DNA from: Planctomycetota bacterium
GTDB taxonomy: Bacteria > Planctomycetota > PUPC01 > DSUN01
DNA: 46,101 nt
Direction of reading: 5' to 3'
Assembly (NCBI GenBank): GCA_016872855.1
Contig: VGYV01000001.1
Span: 1 to 46,101, forward strand
The notes under the pieces were generated by a model that made no database searches, had not been told where the DNA came from, and was given only the letters and a program-made list of their open reading frames with translations. Below, in pieces: positions 45,244 through 46,101 of this stretch; the first letter of the stretch is position 1, and each line of letters begins with the position of its first letter. The position numbers and the translations under genes were made by a program.

Positions 45244-45585
45244 TCTGGGCGGCGGGACTTGAACCCGCGACCTCTTGAACCCCATTCATGGTTGCGTGGG
45301 AGGGATGCCCTTGCCAGAAAGCCATAAATGGCAATCACTTATGAAGATAGCTCCTGCGCACCCCCATGTTGTCTGTTCCGAATATTCCGCATATTCCGAA
45401 CGGAGACCACTACAAGAACCACTACAAGACCGTGCGAGTTGGTACTGGCGCTCGGTCGCTCTTGTACGATCTTCCGCGCGCCTCCGACCTCATCGCGGGC
45501 AGAATCAATGACTGGCGGCAGGACACGAGGCCTGAGCGGTGGGGAAGGGACGAGAGGCCGGTGGGGGTGCTGGGATATCGCCACA
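45244..45585 (-). ncRNA. RNA-B: paralog of RNA-A (no encoded CCA, no obvious terminator)
   Basis: Collinear with RNA-A over about 330 nt. T-arm GCGGG-TTCAAGT-CCCGC. The 3' strand CGCCCA can pair with the 5' TG(T)GGCG. Confidence 0.55.
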
Positions 45586-45698
45586 TCTCCGGTGGCAGGC
45601 TGCACGTATCCATCTTGCCAGCCGGGGAGGGCAAGGCGGATCTTCGCATAGCCGGCGGCCTCAGCGGGGACACGCACGGTACCCCGGAAGAGCGTTCC

Positions 45699-46101
45699 TC
45701 AGTCGCGCTGCTTGAGTGGGATGTGCAGCTTGATAGGCGGCTTCCCGGGGTCCTGTGAGCGGAACTCCACGTCGGCCACTGGATGCATGTTCGCGGGGAC
45801 CGCATCGGTCGAGAGGGCCGCGAACGTGTTGCCTCGTCCCGGCGTGCCGAGCTGGGCGCAGAGGTCGAACGGCTCGCCCGGAACCATCTTCACCTCCTCG
45901 TAGTACGGCGGCGCCTCGTTGGGGATGACCAGCGTTCCGGTCCATTTGTGGACACGCAACGTCAGCGGGCCGTTGAAGTGGATAACGGGGGCATCGTCCG
46001 CGCGGTCGGCGAAGCGAAGCAGGCCACTGCCGGCCACCTGCGTGTGCCGGCCGTTCACCTTCACCGAGAGACGGCAGGGCCGGTACGTCTGCACGTAGGA
46101 G
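45699..46101 (-). CDS. hypothetical protein, C-terminal part (5' end outside window)
   Basis: The minus-strand frame is open from the window edge to the stop at 45699-45701. No family recognised. Confidence 0.5.
   Translation of the reverse strand, partial: SYVQTYRPCRLSVKVNGRHTQVAGSGLLRFADRADDAPVIHFNGPLTLRVHKWTGTLVIPNEAPPYYEEVKMVPGEPFDLCAQLGTPGRGNTFAALSTDAVPANMHPVADVEFRSQDPGKPPIKLHIPLKQRD

Overview
This is a GC-rich bacterial window. All product calls come from reading motifs by eye, with no database search.

Layout:
- **1-4849:** the tail of a hypothetical gene, then a large secreted carbohydrate-binding-type protein.
- **4.9-5.3 kb:** a decayed ISL3-like transposase relic.
- **5.3-35.8 kb:** a hydrogen / flavin-based electron-transfer supercluster.
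  - A HupUV-like cytoplasmic sensor [NiFe]-hydrogenase sits with a stand-alone receiver, a PAS histidine kinase, a sigma54 NtrC-type activator, a double-receiver protein and a receiver-kinase hybrid.
  - A roughly 21-kb co-directional gene chain encodes NuoE/HndB/NuoF-like NADH-module proteins.
  - A five-gene DRTGG/CBS-GHKL/PHP regulatory cassette is embedded in that chain.
  - A NuoG-N-terminus::HdrA fusion, MvhD, MvhG, MvhA and a maturation protease follow.
  - The chain ends with an HdrC-like, FrhB-like, double-HdrA, MvhD, Fe-S, Fe-S, FAD/NAD module that resembles Flx and has no HdrB.
  - hypAB is convergent at the right end.
- **35.9-36.7 kb:** pseudogene debris.
- **36.8-40.3 kb:** a second large secreted protein.
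- **40.6-45.6 kb:** two paralogous structured RNAs of about 345 nt bracket a tightly coupled two-gene operon of unknown function.

Most interesting observations:
1. The RNA pair has tmRNA-like topology (acceptor stem plus T-arm closing a long insert) but a non-canonical sequence. It shows compensatory changes between copies.
2. One HdrA module is split between a NuoE fusion and a NuoG-like fusion. This implies an NADH-linked HdrA-Mvh [NiFe] complex.
3. Direct repeats of about 340 bp carrying tRNA-Arg 3' fragments bracket about 35.6 kb.
4. Several small repeat elements are read through by coding frames.
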